64,000 nt of DNA from NCBI GenBank assembly GCA_963823665.1, contig CAWGMQ010000004.1, positions 704,001 to 768,000 of the forward strand, written 5' to 3'. Shown here in pieces: positions 9,063 to 19,736 of this stretch (positions are counted from its first letter, which is position 1; every line of letters starts with the position of its first letter). Origin of the DNA: an uncultured Planctomycetota bacterium. GTDB taxonomy: Bacteria > Planctomycetota > Planctomycetia > Isosphaerales > Isosphaeraceae. The notes under the pieces are model-generated. The model was given only the letters and a program-made list of their open reading frames with translations, was not told the origin of the DNA and did no database searches. Position numbers and translations under genes: made by a program.

Positions 9063-10553
9063 ATGACTGTGAAAAAACCGTTCGACGACGCCACGGAACT
9101 GTTTGACTTCCTCGAAGCGGATGAGCCCGACCGCTACGTTTTCCGGGGCCAGACAAGAATGTATGACGGCCCGGTGCTTCCGTCCGCGCTGAGAGATCGT
9201 TTCACGCCCTTCGATACATCGAAGGGACCATTGAACTGGGCTGGCGTGACCCTGTCCAAGACGATGATCGACGGTCAATTCGCGGCCCGAAGGCGAGCTG
9301 TTTGCAATTTGGACGAGAAGTCAGAAGAGGCTGACGACGGGAAGACAACCTGGGAGTTGCCGGAAACCGCCCATCAACACGGTTTCCGTGAGTTCTTCAA
9401 CCGATCGCATTCTCAACGAATCAGGGACGTAGGAAATGTTCTGCGCGAGAGCGCAATACCTGGGATTTCAGAGCTTTTCGGGAGCGACCTAGGTGACCTT
9501 CTATGCCAGCAGTACGGCTTCACTTCGAACGCGCTATATGTGACGACCGACACCTCAGTCGCTATGTTTTTTGCGACACGCGAAGCGCCATTTTACGGCG
9601 TGGTTCCAAATTCCCCGCATTGTGGAGTCGTTTATCGATGGCCAAAAGATCGCGCGACGATCGCCCGAAATTATCTACTACCACTTGAAGAAAATGCTGG
9701 TTTCGATTCGATACCAATCAGCTTCTCCAACTTCATCAAGGACAGCGCCGATCTGAAAATCGTCAAAGACACGCTGGTGCGGTACACTTCCGCAACAGGC
9801 GAACGCCAGAAGCGCATGATGTGGATCGTTAGCGAAGGCGAGCGCCGCAGCCTCGATGCCCTCTGTTTTCCCACGGGCGCACTAAATCGAAGCCGAGTGG
9901 GACGTCAGCGTGCAGCCCTGCTTTGGCCCCACTTCGAGATCGTCAACTCCCTCGTGCCTCGAAATGATGGAGATCATGTTGCGCTGATTGGTGACCTACT
10001 CAAGACGCACTGCGGCGAGGCTTTCAGTTTCCGACACCGCGGCGTAAGCCCTCCCGAACGGCTAAGTAAGTTTGACCTCTGGCCATCGATCCGGGAAGCC
10101 AGACATCCACCCTCTAGACTCGGTTCCGGGAAGCCAGGGAAGCCAGGCAAGCCAGACATCCACCCTCTAGACTCGGTTCCGGAAAAACCGAGGGAAGCCG
10201 GGAAGCCAGGGAAGCCAGACATCGGGAAGCCAGACATCCACCCTCTAGACTCGGTTCCGGAAAAAGCGAGGCAAACACGGCTCGGAGCGGAGCCCGAGGG
10301 GTTTGCCCGGGTTTGCCAGACACCCACTAATCCTACGGGGTTTGCCAGACACCCACTAATCCTACGGTGGGAAGCGAGTTTCTGGAATTCTGGTGGCCCG
10401 CGGAACTTGGGTGTCTGGGATTCTCGCGACAGCAGTTCAGCGATGCGATTGGGAAGCCGGATCACGAAGAAAGCGGCAGCGCATCGATTCGCTAGACCAG
10501 GCGGTGTAGGGCGTATAACGCCGACGATTCGGCTGCGAATCTTGGACACTTGA
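9063..10553 (+). CDS. FRG domain protein whose 3' end reads through a repeat cluster
   Basis: YVFRGQ and CQQYGFTSNALYVTTDTSVAMFFA match the FRG motifs (FRGQ; QHYG.PT.LLD.T....ALFFA). After ~10093 the translation is repeat-derived (GKPGKPDIHPLDSVPEK). Confidence 0.7.
   Translation: MTVKKPFDDATELFDFLEADEPDRYVFRGQTRMYDGPVLPSALRDRFTPFDTSKGPLNWAGVTLSKTMIDGQFAARRRAVCNLDEKSEEADDGKTTWELPETAHQHGFREFFNRSHSQRIRDVGNVLRESAIPGISELFGSDLGDLLCQQYGFTSNALYVTTDTSVAMFFATREAPFYGVVPNSPHCGVVYRWPKDRATIARNYLLPLEENAGFDSIPISFSNFIKDSADLKIVKDTLVRYTSATGERQKRMMWIVSEGERRSLDALCFPTGALNRSRVGRQRAALLWPHFEIVNSLVPRNDGDHVALIGDLLKTHCGEAFSFRHRGVSPPERLSKFDLWPSIREARHPPSRLGSGKPGKPGKPDIHPLDSVPEKPREAGKPGKPDIGKPDIHPLDSVPEKARQTRLGAEPEGFARVCQTPTNPTGFARHPLILRWEASFWNSGGPRNLGVWDSRDSSSAMRLGSRITKKAAAHRFARPGGVGRITPTIRLRILDT
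10093..10420. repeat. short repeat cluster with core CCAGACAYCCA
   Basis: GG(G/C)AAGCCAGACATCCACCCTCTAGACTCGGTTCCGG occurs three times (10093, 10146, 10224) with partial GGGAAGCCA units. GGGTTTGCCAGACACCCACTAATCCTACG occurs twice in tandem (~10309-10366). An inverted core TGGGTGTCTGG lies near 10408. Confidence 0.9.
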
Positions 10554-10620
10554 GCCATTTTTCGGTATCGACGCGCAGACCTGGGATCAGATCCGGTAGA
10601 GATCCTTGGATACCGCTTGA

Positions 10621-12436
10621 TCATTCCGCAGCGCTGAACACCATGACGCCCGGCTCGTTCACCGCGGTTCGCTTCCCGGTTTTCGGATCGATTGCCACCA
10701 CTGCAAGTGTGCCACGCAGACCCCCTGCGGTCGCGGCGGGTACCTCGGTCACGTTCCAACCGCAGGCTTTTAGCTTCGCGACGAACTCGGAGCTGTAGGC
10801 TCCCTTTGGAATCGACGCCCGCTCCGGCGACCCGATCGGAGCGACTTCGCCCGAGGCAAGCTCGGCAAGCAGCGGCGGAGCCGCCAGGACCGTCGCAAGA
10901 TCCTCGCGCCGGCCCAGAACCCCAAGCAGCAACCGGATGCTCTCCGGTATCAGCGACGCACCAATCGAGCCCGTCGCCAGCACCGGCTTGTCGTCCGCGA
11001 ATGCAATGGTGTCAATGATCTGATGCGGAACGCGTTCGCCCGGCTTGAGCCCTGCGAGCGTCGTCTGCTGAAACCCCGCGGAATCAGGGATCGGCACGCC
11101 ATCCACAACGATACCCGTATCACCCCAGATAACGGCATTGATCGTATGGGTCACGGCCGCAATGTTCCCCTCCTTGTCGATGACGACAATCGCATTGGAG
11201 TGTTTCGGGTCGTCGCTCCCAGACCGCTGCCCAGAAATCTGCCCGAGCAACGGCGCAACCGCCGCGGCGAAACCCTTCCCGAGTTGCTCGCCGGCCGAAA
11301 TGTCGACGCCCTTGCCGCGCAGCAAGCTCGATGTCTTTCTATCGAGTGCAGGAGATGAGCCGGCGATCTGGCTAATGCGGTTCATGGCCTGGAACGTTTC
11401 CAGCGTCATTCCAGTAAGGACCTTTCTGGTCAAGTTTCAGTGCCTCGGCCAGATTCAACCCGACCAACAAGGCGTACGCACCGAGATTCGGTGGACCGTT
11501 CACATACACCGTGTGGCCGAACATCGTCTCCTTGTAGGGCTCGCTCCATACTGGCTTGTATCGCTTCATGTCTTCAAGAGTCGCTTTCCCGCCTTCGCGC
11601 TGGATGATCCTCACGAAGTTTTGCCCCCACTGACCGGTATACATGTAGCGTGATCCCTGCTCACTAACCGCTTTCAACGTTTGAGCCAGCTCGGTTTGGA
11701 CGAACAGATCACCGGCCTTGGGCGTCTCGCCGCGTTCCTGGCGGCTGAACTGCCAACCCTCCGGCGTGCGGGCTAAAGCCTTTGCGCGAAACGCGAAATA
11801 ATACTGAAGAGCCGGAGAAATGCGGATGCCGTGCTCCGCATACCAGACGGCCGGCTCGAATAGCTCGCGGAAGGGCAGACGCCCGAAACGGCTGTGCATG
11901 GCCTCAACACCCGCCATGAACCCCGGCACGAGCGTCTCACGCCCCTTGGCGCCACCGGCGGTCGGTTTGGGCACTAACTTCGCCAGGGCCGGGCCCAGGT
12001 CGCTGACAGGGATGCTCTTCGGATCAGTCTCGCCCAGATACGAATTGAAGCCCGCATCCATCGAATAAACCTTGCGGGTTTTGGCGTCGTAATAGACCAT
12101 TGTGAACACGCCCGCGTACGACACAACGGAACCTAACTGCGTCGCGACCTGCGTCAGTGCGGTGGTCGCGGCCGCATCCGCCGCACTTCCTCCGAGCTTG
12201 AGCGCCCGGATCCCGGCGTAAACCGCAATTGGCGAGACCGTCGCCGAAACAAGACCACCCGTGCCTTCAATTTGTCGTTTTTCGGGCGGCGACACAACAA
12301 GGCTCTCAAGTTTCTCGACTCTCTGTCTCTCGGCGTCTGGCCAGTTTGAAGGCGATAGTCCGTCGCCGTAGCAACTCGATGCGCTCGCGAGCACAAGCAC
12401 GACGCTTGGTGCGATTAAATTCTTGAACGCAACCAT
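10621..12436 (-). CDS. ggt: gamma-glutamyltransferase family protein, secreted (frameshift near 11400)
   Basis: Signal-like N-terminus, GGSAADAA, VPGFMAG..AMH.RFG.LP, GG..TLEDM..Y. The small subunit reads HSNAIVVIDKEGNIAAVTHTIN..WG. Confidence 0.85.
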
Positions 12437-12644
12437 GAGCACTCCTTTGTGAGCGAGCCTACAGGATGTCCTTAGACGCGCAGAGTGATGGCGATGCGGG
12501 AGGGCCTTGATCACTTGAATTCTTGGCGCCAGATCGCCCGGGCCGTCGGAACGCTCCCAGTATACGCTCGCGCTGACCAGCCCTGTTACGACCCGCCGCG
12601 CCCGACGTAACCGTCGAGTGCCCGACCGCCTCGCGAAGCCCTAA

Positions 12645-13106
12645 GTGGCCCCTTTTCAGAAATAACTGTGGGGTTGCAATTTTAGTGTGTTTGGCTCGGT
12701 GAAGCACGCTTTGAGCGAACCTATCTCGACAATTGATTGTGAAGACGCTACGCACAAACAACCTTTAGAATTCTCTTGGTTTCCTTCGTTTCCTTCTGTT
12801 CCAAAAAGGCACAGTTGCTCAGTTACATGAAATTACTCGACGTGCCGCTGGGTCTGTTGTTCAACTTCCACGAGATCAAGCTCTCGGACGGGATTTCGAG
12901 GCTGATCCTGCCGGGTGCAAATCAGTCTTGACCAGAAGGAAACAGAGTCAACGAAGAGCGGTGGCTCGCAGTTTGGGCGGGATTGGCGGAAGAGTGCACT
13001 GGAACTCGCCGCTTCACTCACGCTTTCGTCGTCGGGAAGGAGGCTCGGCTCGCAGGAGCACGCTTTGAGCGAACCTGACTCCACAACTAACTGTGAACTG
13101 GACCAC
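12645..13106. mobile_element. MITE-like non-autonomous element
   Basis: Flanked by TAA direct repeats (12642-12644, 13107-13109). Imperfect terminal inverted repeats GTGGCCCCTTTT...TGTGG versus GTGGTCCAGTTC...TGTGG. An internal ~41-bp direct repeat starts AGCACGCTTTGAGCGAACCT at 12703 and 13057. Confidence 0.5.
12806..12931 (+). pseudogene. C-terminal fragment of a GxxExxY protein
   Basis: Translates as KAQLLSYMKLLDVPLGLLFNFHEIKLSDGISRLILPGANQS*, the typical GxxExxY C-terminus (AQLL.Y.KL....GLL.NF). It has no N-terminus and is absent from the ORF track. Confidence 0.8.
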
Positions 13107-13347
13107 TAAGGCGGTGATGGCCAAGCGATTTACAGGCATTGCACTCACCCAAGCATTCGTAGTTGGTGTGTCGTTGCGGCGAGCGCTCGCTCGTGCGACG
13201 CCAGGACTGCCCCTTTTGTTGCCTGTTCGGGTAAGATGGTGTAATCCATCGGCACGGAAAGCGAAGTACTTCGAGGCACCAAGCTGGGAGACAGGGCAGC
13301 CGCGGCATAAACTATGGCCCGGCTTGGCGAAAGGATGAGCATTTGCG

Positions 13348-16300
13348 ATGAAGCGGACGGGTCGTAGCCGCGCTCGACGCCTCTGGCGGGCCGGGGCGCT
13401 TCTGGTCCTTCTGGCCGCCACGGGGTTCATCGCGGCGCTGCCGTGGGTGCTCGCCTTGCCGTTTGCGCAGCAGCAGCTCAAGGCCGCCGCCAATCGAATT
13501 CTCGCGCCAAGCCGAGTCGAGTTCGGCTCGATCGCACTTTCCTGGAATCACTCCACGACGATCAAGGGTCTGGTGCTCCATGACGCACAGGGGGATGAGC
13601 TGCTGGTTTCGCCCCGCGCGGTCCTCAACTGGAGTCTATCGCAAATCCTCTTCGCACAACCGATCGATGCCTCGCTCGCGATCGAGAAGGGCGATCTCGA
13701 CATCGAGCGGTTCACTGATGGCTCGGTCGACCTTTACGAAACCCTCAAGCCTGTCATCAGCGAACATCCCCCAAAACGCCTCGTCATCCGTATCCCGAGT
13801 GGAAGCCTCCGGTTTCGCGACCCGGCTTTCTCCGAGCCGGTCGTTGCCGAGCAGGCGGAAATGACGATCAATCTCGGAATGCTCAATGAACCGATCCGCT
13901 GGGACATTCACCTGAACCGGACCGATCAGGAGAAACGGCTCGACTTGGTCGGGATGTACAGCCGCGCTGAGATCGATTCGAGCGGCGAACACGATCTGGA
14001 GCTGTCGCTCACAGCAGCCAACTGGCCGTGGACGCTGACTAACCCATGGATTGACTCGCGCGGCCAGTTGAACGGCGCGCTCGCAGGAAGGCGAAAGCTC
14101 GGACGCATCTCGATCGAAGGTGACGCAACTGTGAACGATCTCGTCGCTCTCGGCCCGATCATCGGCTCGGATACGCTCCACATCGAGACGGCACGGGCGA
14201 GTTGGAAGATCGACGGCGACGGCACGGCCTGGACCGTCGAGCGGCTCGACCTCACATCTCCGCTGGCAACAGTGCAAGCGGCAGGGTGCGTGCCGCCGAC
14301 TCCCGATCGCGGCGCCTGGTTCCAGGGCGATCTGGACCTGGCCGCGCTGGCACGCCAGCTTCCGCAGACGCTCCATCTGCGCGACGACTTGCGAGTCGAG
14401 CGCGGCGCGGCGCGACTGCGAGCCGATGTCGAATCGAACGCATCGGGAGATCTCCACGTCTGTAATGTTACGGGAAACGTGACAGACTTGATCGCCCATC
14501 AGGGCCAAAAGACCCTGACCCTTACGGAACCCGCGAGCTTGAATGCGAAGATCCGGAAGTCCGGCGACACGACCGTGCTCGAGCGATTCCAGATCCAGAC
14601 GCCATTTCTGACGGCCGAGGGAGAGGGAGACCTCGATCGCGGCATCGCCGCCCGGGCGACCGTCGATCTTGCCGTCTTCCGCGAGCGCTTTCGCGACTGG
14701 CTTGATCTGGGAGGGGTCGTTCTCGCCGGCAAGGGAAAGTTGAACGCTTCGTACAGGCGGCAAGGGGAGGCTTTCGATGCCCGGGCGACTGCCGAGCTCC
14801 GCGACGTGCGCCTCGACGGCTTGCCGGTCCTCGGGCAGATCGAGCGCGAGCTGGTCACGTTCGTTGCGAGTGCCGACGGTGGTACCTCGGGCTCGGGCTT
14901 GCCGCGTGATTGGCGAAACCTGACTCTCGAGGCCAGGAGCGGCGCGGCCCAGGGCAAGGTCGCGGCGGCCAACGATCGAGCGGGCCACATGAGCTTGCGC
15001 GCAACCGGCCAGGCCGATTCTAGCCTGAGTGGCCGGCAGGGCCGCGCTTTGGCCGAGCTGAGCGCGATTGGAGACGCGGCGGGCTGGACTGCCGAACGCA
15101 TCGTGCTCGGTCTCGCACCGAGCAAGCCCGGAGAGGCAAGCAGCATGGATGAGGCAACCGTGCGCTGGAACGGCCGCGGGCGCTACGACTGGGCCGGCGA
15201 CGTACTGACCATCGAGTCCTCGCCGACATCGCTGCCCGGCGGTGAGAAAGCGAAGCACCTGACATGGATCGCGGGTGACCAGAAAGTGCGGTTGAGCGGG
15301 TTGCGATCCTGGCCTTCCACGCAGATCGAGGCGGCCGCGAAGCTCGATCTGGCCTCGGCGGGAAGGGTGCTGGCGCCCGACCAGGAAGCCTGGGCGGGCG
15401 GGCTCGATGCGCTGCGTGCGCATTCGGCCCGATCGGGACCTCTGGAACCTGGGTATTCGGGTTGACCTGCATGAGCCGGCGCAGCTCAGCAAGGGAAAGC
15501 CGCGGTTCAAGATCGATGGCGACGTGAGCCTCGCCGTGACGGCAAAGTATACGCCCGCTCTGGATAAACTCGATGTGATCGAGATGGGGCTCACGGCGCC
15601 CTACGTGCAGCTCGACGGAACAGGATCCGTCATGAACCTGGCCGACGGGCCCGAGCTGGACTTGAAGGGCATGCTCGCGCTGGATTGGCCGGCGATCGAG
15701 AAGCAACTGGCACAGAAAGTTGAGCCCGGTGCGCGGATCACGGGCCGGCCACGGCAGTGGCGTCTCTCGGGAAAGCTCCCGGCCAACCCCGCGATCGACC
15801 GGCTCGGCTCGCTGCGCGGTGAGATCGGCGTTCAGATCGACTCGCTCGACATCTTCGGGATGCGGCTCAGCCAGACACCAATCGTGGTGCGAGCCTCGGA
15901 CGGCCGGCTCTCAATCGACCCGATCGATGCCAGGTTGAACGGAGGCATATTGCACGCCGACCCGGAGATCTCGCGCATGAAGGACAATTCGAGCTGGCTG
16001 AGGCTCAGCTCGGAGACCCGTCTGGAAGGGGCCGTCATCAACGACGAGGTCTCGCATCGAGTGCTCTCGTTCGTCGCTCCGGTGCTGGATGGTGCCACCC
16101 GTGTCCAGGGCCGGGTTTCGTTCGAGCTGGCAGAGGCAGTCTTCCCGATCGCGGGGGCGCCGGAGGCACCGTATCTGGCCCAGGGCAAGGTCCTCTTCGA
16201 CGACGTGCGGTTCATGCCCGGAGAGCTGGCCGATCAGTTGCTCGGCGTATTCCGGCTCGATAGCAAGCCCCTGATTGAGCTGAGCGAACCGATCTCGGTC

Positions 16301-16776
16301 CGAGTCACCGAAGGGAAGGTCCATCAGCGGGGTCTGGTGCTCCCGGTGGGCAACCTGGCTAGAATCGCACTCGACGGCTCGGTCGATTTCCAGAAGAACA
16401 TCGACATGGTGGCGCGGTTCGCGCTCAATCCGCCGCAGAACGCGACTGCCGGTACTCTCACCACTGGTCGAGACGGCCCGGTTTGAGCTTCCCGATCCGC
16501 GGAACTCTCGCGAAACCGAAGATCGACGGCGAAGCCTTGAAAGAGAAATGGAAGACATTCGGGGGCGGCCTGCTGCAAGGTTCACTCGAAGCCGGGGTCA
16601 ACGGCCTGCAAATGCTGCTTCAAGGCATGCCCGATCAACCATTTCGCGGGATCTTTCCGCCCGCGCGTGCCAGGCCGGCGAGCCCCGAAGACCGGCGCCG
16701 GTTGAAAGATGACCGGCGGAAAGACCGGCTGGAGAAGAAAGCCGCTCGCCAGAAAACGCAGCCGCCACCGGAGTAG
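13348..16776 (+). CDS. large AsmA-like envelope protein (frameshifts near 15410 and 16460)
   Basis: N-terminal TM anchor followed by a long beta-rich body. Three consecutive same-strand ORFs join, and the C-terminal PIRGTLAKPKID motif is typical of AsmA-like proteins. Confidence 0.65.
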
Positions 16777-17060
16777 CACCAAGCGAAGCATCATGACTGT
16801 CTGCACACGCGAGTTTGCTGCGGCAGATCGCGTGTTGATTCGGGTTGAGATCGGCGCATGTCGTTATTCAGGTAATGTTCTGGGTTTCCTATCCCTTGCG
16901 TGATCGAGGGTGCGTTGCTACTCTATTTTCTGCGAGGCTTTCGGGCACCAGTCTCGTCCAATGCATGGGCAGGTGGAGCAGCGCGCCCTCCCTGCGATCG
17001 CGCCTCCGGCGGTGCGACGGACGGTCGCTCGCTCAGCGCATCTGGTGACGGAACTGGCCG

Positions 17061-17687
17061 ATGGGTGATTATCTACGGCTCCTGACTGTCGATGACAAGG
17101 ACATACCGCTCGCCACGCTGCAACGGGCCGTGCCGGCGGTTGCAATCTGGTCGGTGGATCATCCCGGCATGCTCGGCAATTACCTGGCGATCGGCCCCAA
17201 GTTGGGCTCGATGCAGGATGTTTGGGTGACCATCGAGCGCAACCCTGTCGGGCCCAATACGCTAGGCGCCGAGGAAGTAGCCGAGTTCATCGACGGGCTG
17301 GATTCCGGCGGCCCGCCGGCCGCCGTGCGATGGCTGAGCGATTATCTCGAGACGATCCGCGCGATCTACGCGATGCGTCTCTATCCCGAGGCGATCGCCG
17401 GCCACCCCGAAGCGGAAGACACAGTCTATGCCGTGCGCACGGCCTTGCGCGACGCAGTCGGCGGCATCGGCCAGTGGGACGGGCACGGCTTCACCAACCA
17501 GGATGACCGGCTCATCTGGTGCGATCCGAGCATGGATTTGACGGGAATCACCGAGGCAGCGCTCCTGGACGAATCTACGGGCGAGTGGATCGCGATCGAG
17601 CTCAACCTGGGAGATCCAGAAGAACTGGCCGGGTTCCTCCGCGGCGAGTTTCCCAAGCGATCGAGGCATCGCATCCCGCCGAAATAG
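17061..17687 (+). CDS. hypothetical protein
   Basis: 208-aa ORF with normal codon usage and no recognised motif. Confidence 0.7.
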   Translation: MGDYLRLLTVDDKDIPLATLQRAVPAVAIWSVDHPGMLGNYLAIGPKLGSMQDVWVTIERNPVGPNTLGAEEVAEFIDGLDSGGPPAAVRWLSDYLETIRAIYAMRLYPEAIAGHPEAEDTVYAVRTALRDAVGGIGQWDGHGFTNQDDRLIWCDPSMDLTGITEAALLDESTGEWIAIELNLGDPEELAGFLRGEFPKRSRHRIPPK

Positions 17688-17804
17688 CAACACGTCCAGC
17701 GAACGGTTGCATTCAAGGTCGCGGCGTTCTGGCAGATCAGGTCGTGCGAAACACGGGCCCTTGGCTGTCGCCACCCGGCCCACCAGATTGTACGGGCCAA
17801 ACGG

Positions 17805-19736
17805 ATGACATCGCCGAGAAAGGCCGTTTCAGGAAAAGTGGTCATCGGCGGCGCGGCTGTCGTGATCGCGGTCGCGGGATTCGTTTACTGGCTTCGAAAA
17901 GAAGCGATCGAAGGCATCTACGCATACGTGAAGCCAGCGCCTCCTGCGCCGATTCAGCCGGGCCAATCGTCGAGCCGCAATCGACACACTGGACCCTGGG
18001 GGAATCGTCACACCGGTCTCGACTGGGCATTCAAGGTTTACCGGCAAATGCCGGCCGAGGACTGGCAGGCAAGCGACTGCTACATGCTCGCCGAAACACT
18101 GTTGAGAGAGGATCGCCTTGCGCTGGCTCGTGCAGCGCTCGAAGCCGCGCGGCGGATCGACGGTAATCACCGAGAAACCATCGAGGGCCTCGACTTTTTG
18201 AAGCGACAGCAGGCCGCGGCGCCACCCCGGAAGCGTGCCGAGCTGCGCAATGCGCTCAGCCGGATCGAGCCGCTGCAATCGGTTCCGAGCGGCCCGGCAC
18301 TCGGCCTTCTGGTGCTGGCTGTCGCCAGTTACACGCGAGACCAGTTTCACGAAACGGAATTCCTCGATCGTATCCGCGCTCGCTATAACGCGTCCCTCAA
18401 GCGACTGCAAACGCCCGACGATGTCGTGAAGCTCGTGGCACGGCTGCTGCTGGAAACCGGGCGTGCGGTCGAGGCGCGCGAGCTGCTCGAGCCGCTGCTC
18501 GAACCCGGCAAGAGCAGCGGCCCGTCTCCCGATCCGCCGGCTCCCGACCAGGAAGCGGCTTGGCTGATGAGCCGCGCGGCGCTTCAGCTCGGCACGCACG
18601 ACACAGCAGACCGGATGCTCACGCTGGCGGATGACTTCGGCAAGAGCGCCGCCGCGGAGGTCGAGCCTGCACCGTTCGTTGGATCCAGGCGATGCGGGGA
18701 ATGTCATCGCACGATCTATCGCACGCAGCAGCGAGCGAACCGTCACTCGCAGACGCTGCGCTTCGGCACAGACCTCAAGGACGTGCCGCTCCCGCACGAG
18801 CCGATCGCGGACGCGGCGGTCCCCGGCATCACTCATTCGTTCAAACGGACGAGCGACCGCGAGATCGAGATGCGATCGCAGAAAGATTCCCAGGTCTTTC
18901 AGGCAATCGTCGAATATGCCGTCGGCTCAGGCCGGCACGGCATCACGATGCTCGGCCGGGATGAAGAGGGGATCGAGCGCGAGCTGCGGGTCTCTTATTC
19001 CGGCCTGGACGGTACCTGGCGCCAGACCAAGGGGATCACGTTCGCCCCACAACAGCCGGGAGACCACAATGGTGTGGCGCTCGGACAGCAGGAGGTCAAT
19101 CACTGCCTTTCGTGTCACTCGACATGGTTTCGCTCGGTTTCTCCGGACCACACCGGTACGCGGCCGCCGGAGGGCGAGGACCGTGGAATCGGCTGCGAGA
19201 GCTGTCATGGACCCGGGTTGAACCACGTCAGGGCAGCCAAAACGGGATTTGCCGAGCTGGCGATCACGCTGAGCACAAAGACGCCGTCTCGCGCGCAGCT
19301 CAGCTCGTGCGCCCAGTGCCACTCCGAAGACGGCACGGTCCCGCCGAGCGACCCCGAATTCACGCGGTTCCAGGGAACGACGTTTCTCTACAGCCGCTGC
19401 TTCATCGCAAACCAGGACCGCTTCGCGTGCACGACCTGCCATGACCCGCATGGTGCTCTGGAGACGGACAGCGCTCGCTATGAGGCAAAATGCCTGGCCT
19501 GCCATGCGACAGAGCCTCGCCTCGCGCCGGCCGCCGCAGCCGCCGTTCGTGGGAAAGCGTGCCCCGTCAATCCCGCCGGCGATTGCATTTCATGCCACAT
19601 GCCAAAGGTGGAAGATCCGTCGCGGAATGCGCGGTTCACGGACCATCACATTCGCCCCCACCGGCGCGAGAGCCAGGCGGAGAACCGCGAATCGAGCCAG
19701 CGGCGGGTGCCCATCCACGGTGAGCGGCTCAAGTAG
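17805..19736 (+). CDS. membrane-anchored helical-repeat multiheme cytochrome c (7 CxxCH)
   Basis: N-terminal TM segment and TPR-like helices, then CGECH, CLSCH, CESCH, CAQCH, CTTCH, CLACH, CISCH and a terminal FTDHHI motif. Confidence 0.9.
   Translation: MTSPRKAVSGKVVIGGAAVVIAVAGFVYWLRKEAIEGIYAYVKPAPPAPIQPGQSSSRNRHTGPWGNRHTGLDWAFKVYRQMPAEDWQASDCYMLAETLLREDRLALARAALEAARRIDGNHRETIEGLDFLKRQQAAAPPRKRAELRNALSRIEPLQSVPSGPALGLLVLAVASYTRDQFHETEFLDRIRARYNASLKRLQTPDDVVKLVARLLLETGRAVEARELLEPLLEPGKSSGPSPDPPAPDQEAAWLMSRAALQLGTHDTADRMLTLADDFGKSAAAEVEPAPFVGSRRCGECHRTIYRTQQRANRHSQTLRFGTDLKDVPLPHEPIADAAVPGITHSFKRTSDREIEMRSQKDSQVFQAIVEYAVGSGRHGITMLGRDEEGIERELRVSYSGLDGTWRQTKGITFAPQQPGDHNGVALGQQEVNHCLSCHSTWFRSVSPDHTGTRPPEGEDRGIGCESCHGPGLNHVRAAKTGFAELAITLSTKTPSRAQLSSCAQCHSEDGTVPPSDPEFTRFQGTTFLYSRCFIANQDRFACTTCHDPHGALETDSARYEAKCLACHATEPRLAPAAAAAVRGKACPVNPAGDCISCHMPKVEDPSRNARFTDHHIRPHRRESQAENRESSQRRVPIHGERLK

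Noticed and set aside
10093..10370. CRISPR array
   Set aside because: The sequences between units are repeat fragments of uneven length, there are no unique spacers, and no cas genes.
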